Assembly (NCBI RefSeq): GCF_009914755.1
Contig: NC_060929.1
Source: the human T2T-CHM13v2.0 reference genome, Homo sapiens
Length of the DNA stretch: 64,000 bases
Reading direction: 5' to 3' (one strand)
Positions 27,046-39,351 of this stretch are shown here, one piece after another (the first letter of the stretch is position 1; each line of letters opens with the position of its first letter). Below the pieces are notes generated by a model that had not been told where the DNA came from, searched no databases, and saw only the letters and a list, made by a program, of their open reading frames with translations. The position numbers and the translations under genes are program-made.

Positions 27046-28423
27046 CTTCATATTCAAGAAAAAAAAAGGAAAATATGGTTATAAAATGTTGGCTATCACA
27101 AACTGTTGCAAGTAGCTTTAACCTGTTTTTAAGAGTCCCGATAATACATTTATTGATTGACATGATTTTCTTTTTTCAAAGGGAAGAAAATGAAACAAAC
27201 AAAAACAAAATTTAAAAAATAAAAGAAACAAGCAAAATGGATATTATATTTAAACAGTGCAATTCAGTTTACAATCAGTTCTCTGTTCTAATTTGCTGTT
27301 TCCCAGACAGCACATTATAAGAAAATCTTCATTTTTAATGATAGAGCTCAAGAAGCATCCATGTCTAAATAAGCACTACATTTTAAAAATGTATTTTCCA
27401 TATAAATGGAGGCTTATAAATCTCTTCTCAGATTTCCATACCCAAGATGAAATAGATGTACAGCTTATGACATGCATACTGCAAGAATTAACTGAAGTTA
27501 AAACAGCACTATATCTATGAAATTCTTTAAATTTTGAAAAACCATCATTTCTCTCATTGTTCCTTCTGTATATTTCCTAGTAAACTCTACTCTGCTTCCT
27601 TCTGATAAAGTTGAAAGTTATAGAGGTCAAGCTCAGTGATTCTGACATCACCTGTACTCTCAGAAACCAGAGATGCAATCTCAGAGGAGGTGAGTCAAGC
27701 TCACATATTTTTTCAAGACAAAAAAGACGGAATTGCATTTAGTATGAGTTTTCTGTAGTTTGAGAACTATACAGTTGACTGAATTGAGCAAAAATATTCA
27801 TCCTCTGCACTTGTCTTGTATGGAATAATGCTTACAAGCTGTTTCTGTATTGGTTCTTTCCATAGTTGTTCAAATACTTGCCCCTATTTAAATTTTTTTC
27901 TCATTTAAAATTTTCATATCACAGAATGTCACACTATATTTTCTACATTGGTAATTGGTTACATAACCTATAAACATACTTGTTGACTAACCGAATGTAC
28001 TATTATCTGAATCCTCCAATACTGAATAATAAAAATTCACAAACCAAATTTTTCCTAGATACAGCAAATTCTACCATAAATAATGTTTCTTCTCAATATA
28101 TAAGTCAACAAAATCACGCTTCTAATTCTGAAGCGAAAAATTCATACATATATGCATATGTACTCTGGAATTTCTCTTTTACCTGGATGACAAATTAAAC
28201 AAAGAAGCAGATTTTTTTAATAATGTTCCAAAGTCCAGATAGTAATGGCAACCAATTTCTAACAGACCTTGTTGTTTTCATCACTATAAAGCAGAGACAT
28301 TTGTTTCAGGGTGTCTAAAGCATTTTGCCTACTCAGTGCAATAATCTTTATGGCTCATACAATATTGAGAGTTTCCACAAATGAAAGTCAACTTCATTAT
28401 TATAGAAAACTTTATGTGGTTTT

Positions 28424-28451
28424 ATGTGTGTGTGTGTGTGTGTGTGTGTGT
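28424..28451. repeat. (TG)n microsatellite
   Basis: Direct reading. Confidence 0.9.
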
Positions 28452-28709
28452 TATGAGAAAGGAGAGCTTTACTACATAAACGGTTTTACAAAGCCGAATT
28501 TTACCTTTTAACACTGCCCTAATCTTGGTGATATCTTGTTTTCTCAGGGATACTTTGAATGGCATTTTCCCAGAAAATACAAGGTCTCACACTGATTTTA
28601 AGAAAATTGATCCAATTTAGGAAAGCTATTATACTTTATTAAACTAAGTTTTTTTATTACACTATATTAATTAATTCTGATTGTGGAATACAGATATAGA
28701 AATAAAGCA

Positions 28710-29740
28710 GAATTTCTGGCTTCATTTAAGATGTAGAAATCTGCAAGATAACATTGCTCCTATACTAACAATAAAAATAGCCAGTGTCCTACAAAATAAG
28801 TTTCCTTGAACCCATCAGAGAGCAGAGGACATACAGCAACTAAGCGACATAAATTCTATCCAGTGACAAAACAGAATGCATATTCATTTCTCTTTGCTAA
28901 AATACAGGAGAAAGAGGTTACCATAGAAGTGAATGAATTAAAGTTGAGACAAAAATTTATTGAATTCCTAGAGTGAGTATGGATTATTGTGTCAGATTAG
29001 AATAACTCAGAGCTCTAGACACAGAAGAGTTCACTCCCAATAATAAGCTGTCTCCATGGATCTCTGCCAGGTGCTAATAAAAACATTGTAAGCAGGAAAA
29101 GAGACTGGAAAGAGCCCCTGTTAATGGCAGGAGCAGACATGTAAGAGGTGACCAGCTGCTCCTCAAATAGTGACACAAAATACTGCCCACTTCCTTAAAT
29201 CCTCCTCTCTTACAAAGTAAAAACCCCAAACTGCCTCAATAGGGGTATCATAACCTCTTACCACACACCAATCTGCTGGGGGAAGGTAGAAACAAAACCG
29301 TCTGTCTCTAAAGGAGGAATAGAAAACATCCCTCTCAACTCCCAAGAACCAGCAATGATCCACTGCTTCTGGGGAAGGAGCCGAACAAATGCTCTCTGCC
29401 CACAGAAGTGAGCAGGAAAATGTCTTGAACCCAGAATCTGCATTCATAAAAGGCAAAGATCTACCACTGGCGGTGGGCAGGAAACTAAACTGTTGCCTGT
29501 CCAAGATCCACTACAGATACAAGGCAGATATTGGCTTCCATGGGTGGGAGGAGAGACAGGAAGGTGGCAAAAGTGCAATTTTCAGTTTCAGAGGCTTACA
29601 GGCCCTCTTGGAGGTGCAGGCATGTAGGGTCTGCAGAAATTTGAAGTAGAACAGGAGCACAAAGAATGCTCAGGGAAGAGAAGCCCATTGCTGGAAGAAT
29701 CTGAGATCTATGGTACACAGAGGATAACAACAAAGATAGG
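28710..29740 (+). mobile_element. Old L1M (L1MD/ME-type) 5' UTR fragment
   Basis: tttctggcttcatttaagatgtagaa..ctaacaataaaaatagcc..cttgaacccatcagagagc resembles ancient L1 5' ends. Confidence 0.5.
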
Positions 29741-29749
29741 TCAACCACA

Positions 29750-29925
29750 GTGTTAGACTTCTATGCTGCATAACAAACAGCCACAAACACAGCACATGAC
29801 ACACATTTATTATCTCATACTTTCTGTGGGTCAAGCCTCTGGAAATGACTTAGCTGGGTTATCTACAAAGCTAAAATTAAGGTGTCAACCCAGGATGAGT
29901 ACTCATCCGGAAGCTCAGCTGATGT
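29750..29925 (-). mobile_element. MLT1 (F/G/H-like) LTR fragment
   Basis: ctatgctgcataacaaacagccacaa..catttattatctcatactttctgtgggtcaag. Confidence 0.6.
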
Positions 29926-30503
29926 TCTCCTAGAAAGTTAAGACTATATGAACTATATGAAAGTTAAGACTATATGAAAGTCAGACTATATGAACCAGTA
30001 ATCTCCCCCTTAGGTGTTTTCTTAAGAGAAAAAAAGAAACATATGTCAACACTATATTTCTATATGTTAATGTTGACGGGAGCTTTATTCAAGTAGCCAA
30101 ACCCTAGAAAAACCTAACTATCCACAAAGAAATATTGAATATTTATACAATGAACTGTTACTCAACAATAAAAATAAATGAGTATAGATAAATGAAACAT
30201 TATGCTGACTCTCAAAAACACTATGCAGGATGAGTGTGGTGGCTCACGCATGCAATCCTAGTAATTTGGGAGGCTGAGGTAGGAGGATTGCTTGATACCG
30301 GTAGTTCAACACCAGCCTGGCTGACATAGCAAGACCTCATCTCTACAAAAAATTAAGAACTTAGCAAGGTGTGGTGTCACTCACCTGAAGTCTGAGCTAC
30401 TTAAGAGGCTGACGTAGGAAGAACACTTGAGCCCAGGAGTTCAAGGCTGCAGTGAGCTATGATTGCACCACAGCACTCCAGCCTGGGCAACAGAATGAGA
30501 CCT

Positions 30504-30914
30504 TGTATTAGGATTCTCTAAAGAAACAGAACTAAGATAGATATATATAAAGGGGAGTTTAATAAGTATTAACTCACATGATCACAAGGTCCCACAATAG
30601 GCCTTCTTCAAGTGGAGAAGCAAGGAGAGCCAGTCTGAGTCCCAAAACTGAAGGAGGGGGTCCAATGTTTGAGGGCAGGAAGCATCCAGCATGGAGAAAG
30701 ATGTAGGCTGGGAGGCTTTTTTCTGCCTGCTTTACATTCTAGCCGCTCTGGCAGCTGATTAGATGGTGCCCACCCAGATTAAGGGTGGCTGTGCCTTTCC
30801 CAGCCCACTGACTCAAATGTTAATCTCTTTTGGCAACACCCTCACAGACACGTCCAGGATCAATACTTTGCATCTTCAATCCAATCAAGTTGACACTCAA
30901 TATTAACCATCACA
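30504..30914 (-). mobile_element. HERV-L 3' LTR (MLT2A1)
   Basis: tgtattaggattctcta...attaaccatcaca, adjoining reversed PPT agtccatccgttgtcaacttg. Confidence 0.92.
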
Positions 30915-33300
30915 AGTCCATCCGTTGTCAACTTGAAACCATACACATCTCTTGAGATCACAGATAATATTCAAATAAAGACAACAATAAGGTCATAATT
31001 ATGCCTAACATAATACATAATACGGGGTGGCTGAGGAAAAAGCCTGAGTGGCGTCCACAGAACGGGTCATCCTATCTGCTTGATTATTAAAATCTTCCTC
31101 TGCTGAGGTCACCCGTTGGTGAACACTCACACGGCATGCAAATATCTTCAGTTTTTGACCACTCAGAGGGGTCTGTCCACATACCTCTTCCCCAAATTTC
31201 TTTGTCACCAATTTTCCAACCATGCTTCTTCCAAGTCCCTGACCATCCAGCCAAACCATTGGCTACAGCCCATGAATCAGTATATAATCACATATCTGGT
31301 CATTTCTCCTTCTATGCAAAGTGTGCAATCAGGTGCACTGCTTGAAATTCTGCCCACTGGGAAGATTTCCCCTCACCGCTGTCCTTCAGGGATGTCCTAG
31401 AAAGGGGCTGTAGTGCTGCAGCTGTCCACTTTCAGGTAGGGCCTACAGAACCATCTGTGAACCAGGCCCTAGTCTTATCTTTCTTTGTCAACTGATCATA
31501 GGGAACTCCCCATGAGGCCATCAGTGCAGGCTGGAGGAGAGAAGGTAGGGTAGCAGGAGTGGAGACCATGGAAATTTGAGCCACTTCCTCATGTAACTTA
31601 CTTCTGCCTTCAGGACCTCCTTTAGCCTGATCACGTATATACCACTTCCATTTAATGACAGAATGCTGCTGTGTATGACCCACTTTATGGCTAGATGGGT
31701 CAGAAAGCACCCAGTTTATAATAAGTAGTTCAGGCCGCATGGTGACTTGATTACCCATAGTCAAACATTCAGTTTCCATCAAAGCCCAGTAACATGCCAA
31801 GAGCTGTCTCTCAAAAGGAGAGTAGTTATCTGCAGAAGATGGCAGGGCCTTGCTTCAGAATCCTAGAGGCCTCTGCTTGATTTACCTATGGGAGCTTGCC
31901 AAAGGCTCCAAACAGCATCCCTATCTGCCACTGACACCTCAAGCACCATCGGATCTGCTGAGTCATATAGCCCAAGTGGCAGAGCAGCTTGCACAGCAGA
32001 CTGGACCTGTTGGAGAGCCTTCTGTTCTGGACCCCACTCAAAAATGGCAGCCTTTCAGGTCACTCAATAAATGGGCTGGAGTAACACACACAGATGAGGA
32101 ATGTGTTGCCTCCAAAATCCAAATAGTCCCACTAGGCATTGAGCTTCTTTCTTGGTTGTAGGAGGGGACAAATTCAGCAACTTATCCTTCACCTTAGAAG
32201 GAATATCTCGACAGGCCCCACGCCATTGGACTCCTAGAAATTTTAATGAGGTAGAAGTCAGGTTATTTCCCATTCTCAGGCTTGCAAATGTTTCATCAAT
32301 AAGTCCAGTGTGTTTGCTACTTCTTGCTCACTGGATCCAGTCAGCATAATGTCATCAATATAATGGACCAGTGTGATGTCTTTCAGAAGTGATAAGTGAT
32401 CAAGATCTCTCCAAATAAGATTATGACATGAGGCCAGAGAACTGATATACCTCTGAGGTAGGATAGTAAAGCTATATTGCTGCCTTTGCCATCTGAAGGT
32501 AAATTGCTTCTGGTGGGCCTAATGGACAGGAATGGAGAAAAAGACATTTGCCAAGCCAATGGCTGCATACCAGGTACCAGGAGATGTGTTAATTTGCTCA
32601 AGCAATGAAACTACATCTGGTACAGTAGCTGCAATTGCGATCAGCACTTGGTTAAGCTTATGATAATCCACTGTTGTTCTCCAAGATCCATTTGTCTTCT
32701 GCACAGGCCAAATGTGAGAGTTGAATGGGGATGTGGTGGGAATCCCCACCCCGGGTCTTTCAAGTCCTTGATGGTGGTACTAATCTTGCAATCCCTCCAG
32801 GGGTGTGATATTGTTTTTGATTTACTATTTTTCTAGGTGGAGGCAGCTCTAAGGGCTTCCATTGGCCTTTCCCACCATAGTAGCCCCATTCTACCAGTCA
32901 GGGAGCCAATGTGGGGTCTCTGCCAGCTGCTGTTTGTCTATGCCAATTATGGATTCTGGCACTGGAGAAATAACCACAAGATGAGTCTTGGGACCTACTG
33001 GACCCAGTGTAAGTCAGACCTGAGCTAATATGTTATTAATTACCTGACCTCCATAACCCCCTACTTTAACTGGAGGACCACATTTACATTTTGGGTCTCC
33101 TGGAATCAACATCAGCTCAAAACCGGTGTTCAGTAGTCTCTAAAATGTCTGATCATTTCTCTTTCTCCAGTGCAGAGTTACCCTGGTAAAAGGCCAGAGG
33201 TCTCCTTGGGGAAGGATGGGAGAAAGATTCACTGTATAAATTGTCAGTAATGTAGTGAGTTCCTTCCTCAAGGGAACCCGGCCTCCCCTTTGTTCAAGGG
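30915..33300 (-). mobile_element. HERV-L internal region, deleted: pro-RT-RNase H remnants only
   Basis: Minus strand: protease LLNTG (33123-33137, catalytic D>N), [29 protein letters not shown] at 32351-32362, LVGLFGFWRQHIPHL, RNase H AWFTDGS; frameshifted; gag, PBS, integrase and dUTPase absent. Confidence 0.93.
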
Positions 33301-33373
33301 GATTTTATTAAGTATTAACTCATGGTAATGTAGTGAGTTCCATCCACAAGGGAACCTGGCCTCCCCTTTATTC

Positions 33374-33760
33374 AAGGGGATTTTATTAAGTATTGACTCA
33401 CATGATCACAAGGTCCCCAATAGGCTATCTGCAAGCTGAGGAAAAAGGAGAGTCAGTTCGTGTCCCAAAACTGAAGAACTAGGGGTCCAGTGTTCAAGGG
33501 CAGGTAGCATCCAGCATGGAGAAAGATGTAGGCTGAGAGTCTAGTCCAGTCTAGTCTTTTCACATTTATCTGCCTGCTCTATATTCTAGCCGTGCTGGCA
33601 GCTGATTAGGTTGTGCCCACCAGATTAAGGATGGGTCTGCCTTCCCCAGCCCACTGACTCAAATGCTAATCCCCTTTGGCAACACACTCACAGACATACT
33701 CAGGATCAATACTTTGCATCATCAATCCAATAAAGTTGACACTCAGTATTAACTATCACA
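33374..33760 (-). mobile_element. HERV-L 5' LTR (MLT2A1), inner (U5) end deleted
   Basis: Colinear with the 30504-30914 LTR from aagggga.tttattaagtatt to aactatcaca. Confidence 0.92.
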
Positions 33761-33776
33761 GAGCCTGTCTCTAAAA

Positions 33777-33793
33777 TACTACTACCACTGCTG

Positions 33794-33835
<42 letters not shown>
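33777..33835. repeat. (TAC)n microsatellite from AluJ tail
   Basis: Direct reading. Confidence 0.9.
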
Positions 33836-34230
33836 AATTATATGAATTAAAAGAAGCCAGAAGCAAAAGGCTATATCCTGTATGATTTAATGCATAGGGT
33901 ATTCTGAAAAAGGATAAACAATAGGGTCAGAAATCAGGTAAGTATTGAAAGTAACAGTGTTTAGGAGAAGAAAGTAATCACACAAAGGAAACTTGGAGTG
34001 ATGAAAATATTCTATATCTCTATCATGTTGCAAACACTAATCAAAACTCATGGATCTGTATACCTAAAAAGAATGCATTATATTCTTTTAAATTTATACT
34101 TTAACTTGCATTAAACAAAGCGAAAGAAAACAAGTTGAAAAATTATGACATTTTCCGTATTTCTAATGTCATCTTTTTCTACCATTTCTGAAATTAATAC
34201 TTGTGTCATTACTGTGTTGTTAATAGTTCC

Positions 34231-34732
34231 TGTATATTGGTTATCTATTGTTGTATAACAAATTATCACAAATTTAGCAGCTTAAAAAAACATACATTAG
34301 TTATTTCACATTTTCTGTGGTTCACTTTCTGTCTGAGCACAGCTCAACGGGGTCCTCTGCTTCAGGGTCTCTCATAAGAACGGAATTCAGGAATCAGAGC
34401 TTAAGACCCTACTGTGGCAGGATCCACTTCCAAGTTTGTGTTGTTATTGGCAGGATTGAATTCCTGGAGGACTGTTAGCCTGGGGCCCTCAGCTTCTTGC
34501 TGGCTGTTGACTGCAGGAAGCCCTTAGTTCCTTGCCATGTGGTCTTCCCATTATGGTGGCTTTCTTTATGTAAAGTAATGATAGACATAATGTCCTATCA
34601 CCTTTGCAGTGTTGCATTGGCTAGAAAGATGTCACAAGTCCCACCCACACTTAAGGGTTGGGGATTACATAAATGCATAAGGGCTAGGAGGTAGACACCC
34701 ACAGGGCTATGTTAGAAGTGACCTGCCATACA
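34231..34732 (-). mobile_element. MLT1 (F/H-like) MaLR LTR
   Basis: ggttatctattgttgtataacaaattatcacaaatttagcagcttaaaa...ttagaagtgacctgccataca. Confidence 0.75.
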
Positions 34733-36082
34733 ACATTAATATCAATTAAAGAAATATATTTCTATTTATAGTATTTAGACATTTAGTGGCTAAACTACTT
34801 GATGATAATTGGCATATGAGATAAAAATTAAACTTTATATATTACATATTTTGTTTCATATTTTAATTTCTCAGAAATGAATTCTAGGAAATCAATTGTT
34901 CACCTATGCATTTCATTATAGTCATTGTAATATTGATTTTCTTTCAACAAATGTATTCTTTTCTATGGCTCTGCTTCTGGGTTTTTAACATAATTCGGTT
35001 CTGGCTGGATATACTATATGTTTAACTGGTCTTAATTTCCCCCCATTATTATGTGCTACATTATCGAAAATATTTTATGTCTTAGAAAGCTTTGTCTTTG
35101 AAGTCAATGATAGCTTATTATATTTGTGTGTTTGCTTGCAGCTGGAATTTAACATGATTTTAATTATTATTTGGTTAAATAAATTATCAAGAATTTCACT
35201 AGCTGATTATATTAGCTAGTTTCAATATGTGTGACTATACAACACTAATTCAAATGTGGCCAAAATATTTTATGATAAACACTGAAAGGGCTCTAACCAA
35301 CATTGTTTATTAATAGTTATGTTTTTTATTTTGATTTACACTTTCTAGAAGATACATATAAAATATTCCAATTCTATATATACCTATTTCAGAGAACCTA
35401 CTTTAATTTCCATATTGAATTGTTTTATATTCAATTTTTAAATTTAACACTTCAATGTTTTAACATTAATCTTTTTATATTCGATGTTTAGTTTTATATC
35501 ATTTGCTATTTATCTCATTCATATGTATTTTTACTTGTAGGAATTTAATGATCTCTGATCAGTAGTTCTTAATATAGAATTTATTCCACAAGAAACATCA
35601 GATTATAAGACCATTTTTCTCCAATTAAAAAAAAAGTTTGATGTCTTACAGTATTTCTAGTAGGCTTTAGGCTTAAAAAAAAGGAAAAACAAAAAAAAAC
35701 CTATTCCACTAATAAACATTTTATCTTGTAAAATTGTGATTCTATTGTATTATTTTGAAAACAAGGTTTTATTATAATAAGAATTATCAGTTTGCTCCCT
35801 ATCAACTTGTCAGCATAAAAGAAAGAGAGATTCTAGCATTGAAAAGGACATAGCACTCTGTCTGATGCACACTGAGTCATTATTTGACCCTTTGGATTCT
35901 AATTTATTCTTTTTAACTAGATACAATTCAAATTGTATAATAGGATTCTTACATTTGGGAAGGTATTTCAGGATAAAACCGAATAACATTGTTAGTTTCC
36001 TTTTATATAGATATTTTGTTCATTTTATATTTTTATTCATTTAAATATATTTGCTAATTTTGTTAATTATTCAATAAATAAA

Positions 36083-36880
36083 TTTTTCTTTTCTTTTTTT
36101 GAGATAGTTCTGGTCTGTTGCCAAGGCTGGAGTGCAGTAGCACAATCATAGTTTATTGCAGCCTTGAACTCCTGGGCTCAAGTGATCCTTCAAGTAGACT
36201 ATAGGGCACACCACCACAACTAGTGTGATGGTTAATATTGAGTGTAAACCTGATTGAATCGAAGGATGCAAAGTATTGTTCCTGAGTGTGTCTGTGAGGA
36301 TGTTGCCAAAGAAGATTAATATTTGAGTCAGTAGACTGGGAAAGGCAGACCCATCCTCAATCTGGGTGGGCACCATCTAATCAGCTGCCAGTATGGCTAG
36401 GATAAAAGCAGGCAGATGAATGTAGGCTGGCTTAGTCTTCCAGCCTACAACTTTCTCCTGTGCTGGATGTTTCCTGCCCTCAAACATCGGACTCCAATTT
36501 CTTCAGCTTTGGGACTCTTGGACCTTTGACCACAGACTGAAGGCTGAACTGTTGGCTTCCCTACTTTTGAGGTTTGGGGACTCGGACTGGATTTCTTGCT
36601 CCTCAGCTTGCAGACAACGTACTGTGGGACCTCATCTTGGATTGTGTGAGTCAATACTCCTTAATAAACTCCCCTTTATATATATGTCTATCCTAATTAG
36701 TTCTGTCCCTCTAGAGAACCCTGATGAATACACCTAGCTAGTGTTTTATTTTTTATATTTTGGAGGAACAGGATCTTGCTACATTGCCCAGGCTGATCTC
36801 AAAGTCCAGGCCTCAAGCAATTGTCCTACCTTGGCCTCCCAGAAGGCTGGAATCATAGGAATGAGCCACTGTGCCCAGTC
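36083..36880 (-). mobile_element. AluJ in two pieces (36083-36223 and 36733-36880), split by MLT2A LTR
   Basis: Poly-T plus right arm with J-type gcagccttgaactcctgggctcaagtgatcc; left arm resumes after the LTR; TCAAT(T)AAAT-like flanks. Confidence 0.88.
36224..36732 (+). mobile_element. HERV-L solo LTR (MLT2A2-like)
   Basis: tgtgatggttaatattgag...ctctagagaaccctgatgaataca; TSD ACTAG/CCTAG; has the ggcttccctacttttgagg block absent from the MLT2A1 copies. Confidence 0.92.
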
Positions 36881-37100
36881 TCAATTAAATGACTATTTAC
36901 TAAATGTGTACTACATGCCAGTATTATAATCTCTGAGAATATAATAGTGAATTAAACAAAAACTTGTTCAAATGGAGTTTATTTTTAGTGATTAGGACAT
37001 ATACACAGTAAGAAAATAAATTTATCTTATTAATGATAATATGCTTTAAAGATAAAATAGAGAAAGCACACAGGAAGTAGAGATTTAAGGGGGAGGGCAG
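36881..37100 (-). mobile_element. L2 3' end relic (host of the AluJ)
   Basis: tatttactaaatgtgtactacatgccag..gagaatataatagtgaa..atggagtttat. Confidence 0.55.
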
Positions 37101-37169
37101 TAAAAATACTTTCAATTTTCCTCAAAATTATTTTTAACATTGTTACAGATTTTTAGGATCTCCTAGGAA

Positions 37170-37320
37170 GTCCAGAGATTATTGGATACAAGCTCTTCAT
37201 TTTACAGATAAGGATATTGCCACCCAAGGTAGGGGGCAAGTGAATCAGCCAAGGTCTTATTAGATAACAGATTCACAAATATGACCTAGAAACCAGTTCA
37301 TGTATTTCCATATGCCACTG
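37170..37320 (-). mobile_element. MIR relic
   Basis: cttcattttacagataaggatattg core. Confidence 0.55.
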
Positions 37321-39189
37321 TCCATTTTACTTTGCTAACTTTTTCCATGCCAACTTTGCTCCCAAGAGTTATACTTGAGGCAAAAGTCAGGACTTTTTTC
37401 CTCTCCTCCTGACTCCATTTCCATATCAGGATGAGTATTGCCCACGCTGTCGTGTATTTTTAATACTTTTTACATAGTATTATATGAACATATTCATATA
37501 GTATTATATGGACATAAATACTATATAAACAAATTCATATAGTATTTCATAGAGTTATTTTAATTCTATTCAATTCTTTCTTGCTGTTTATTCATATGAA
37601 TTGTCATGACTATAGAACACTGGAGAGTAAAACCTATACATTAATGTATATGTATGTATATGTATGTATGTCTCCCACATCAAGTAACTTAGTGTAGTAG
37701 ATACAGTTGACACCTAAAAGACATTTGCTGCATTTGATGAAGCACCTTCTCAGCTAAGATATTGCAAGATATGCCCCAAATATGAAATAATTTACACATA
37801 TATTTTGACTGTGGATCTCCTTCAGTGTTTTCAATTGGGCCCCAGGAAGAACATATTTATAAACATGGGAAGATTTTAGGGAAAGATGAGAAGGTTGAAA
37901 TTGGCTCATTTCTTCAGATTCTTAAAATATCAAAATCAACCTGAGTCTGGAAATGAGGCTTGAGATCTCCATTGGCTTCAAGGGCATACACATCTGAGCT
38001 GTAAGGCTGTCGTGTGGGCTCAAATTTACCTTGCTTGTTATTTTTCAGTACAAATTGGGCCTCCTAGCCACCAGGAAAAACATTTAAAAAAAATCTTTAG
38101 GGTTATTTAAGAATGTGATTAGTCAACTGGAAGTTTTTTATTGCATACTCAGTAACCATCTGCAGTCAATAAAAAGCTACCAGTTGGCCTAAATATGTAG
38201 AAGCACATCGGTCACTTGTGTTTTGGGGTTGATCTGGTCCTTCGCCAGTGTGCACCTGTTTATCCATGCCCAAACAGTGTTGTGTAGGCTGAGAGAAGCA
38301 ATAAGTGCAACACTGCCAGTGAGATATCTATTACACCTGCAAGTAAGCATATTCAGATTTATATCTATACTTGCTTTAGAACGATGTCTCTACTAGTCAA
38401 TGAAGGCAATAAGTTTACATCCACAAGTCCAACTTTCTTAAAAAAATGGAAAAGTAGAAAAACACAGATGAATATAGTCTCATGTGCCTTTATTTCATGA
38501 AAATATAAGTTTAAATCAGGATTGCAGAACAACTTCATAAATTGTTTCAGGAATTACAGTGATTCAATAGAAATGAAATCACAGCTGGCATTGATGTAAG
38601 ACTGCTGTGAAGAATCACTTTGCTTAAAGGTGATGCTATCAGTTGGTCAAGGGTTGCTTAAGAGCAGGAGAAAGGGCTAGGGAATAAAGGTAATGAATAG
38701 CGGAAATGAATAAAATAGAGAGAAAACTATTGGTACAGTATGAAAAATATAAAATCCATTAAAGTAACGACAGTTCAATTTGCTAAAATTTCTCAAGGTA
38801 TCTTGTAAAATAGCTCTGCATGATTTCTCTTATTTTCAGACATGATGCTCTATATAAATGGGTTCAAGTTTTGTTGCTGGTATGGTAAAGTGAAGAGAAG
38901 CTTCAAATTACGATCAGAAAACCTAAAGTCAGCAACTAGGAGTTGCCACTACTGTGTGAATTTGAGAAATATCTGACTTCACCTCAGTGATCAGTAGTTT
39001 CTTGTTTCTTAATTATTAAAAAATTATATAAACATGTAGAATCATGGATAGTAATAACTCAAATATCTTTCCTTTATAAAGGAAAAGACTCTTCCGGGAG
39101 GTAAAGCAATTTGATTTACCTGAATAATGAGAACTGAGACTAAAGTTTACATTTCCTGATTCGGTTTAATTTTTTTTTTTTTTTAAGGC

Positions 39190-39351
39190 TTTGCTCTTCA
39201 AAGTACTGTCCCTGGAGGAACAGCCTCAGTATCACTGCGGAGCTTGTTAGTCATGTAGAAAAGCTGTGACCTTAGACGACTGAATCAGAATCTGCATTTT
39301 AAACAGACCCCCAGGTAATTCCTCTGCACATTAGTGTTGGAGAAGCAACTG
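39190..39351. mobile_element. MER5A/B hAT-Charlie MITE
   Basis: agcctcagtatcactgcggagcttgttag..actgaatcagaatctgcattttaaacagacccccaggtaattc..gagaagcaactg. Confidence 0.75.

Larger units (their letters stand above)
30228..33776 (+). mobile_element. AluJ in two pieces (30228-30503 and 33761-33776 plus tail), split by HERV-L
   Basis: AluJ diagnostics (ggaggattgcttga, ttcaaggctgcagtgagctatgatt); terminal GAGACC(C)TGTCTC is interrupted and resumes at 33761. Confidence 0.9.
29980..34125 (+). mobile_element. Old L1M 3' fragment in two pieces (29980-30227 and 33835-34125), split by AluJ/HERV-L
   Basis: actatatgaaccagtaatc..taggt..aagagaaa..acatatgtc (ORF2 end); ctcaaaaacactatgc | aaaagaagccagaagcaaaagg..tgtatgattt continues the L1 3' UTR. 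Confidence 0.7.

Noticed and set aside
29893-29908. Perfect 16-bp palindrome GGATGAGTACTCATCC
   Set aside because: About one such palindrome is expected by chance in 64 kb (64000/4^8)
31005-32749. Retroviral pol ORFs as a functional or domesticated gene
   Set aside because: Broken into short frames, protease catalytic Asp lost, integrase deleted, although YIDD is retained
33247-33404. CRISPR-like or other prokaryotic repeat arrays
   Set aside because: Repeats are simple tandem duplications without spacers in clearly primate DNA
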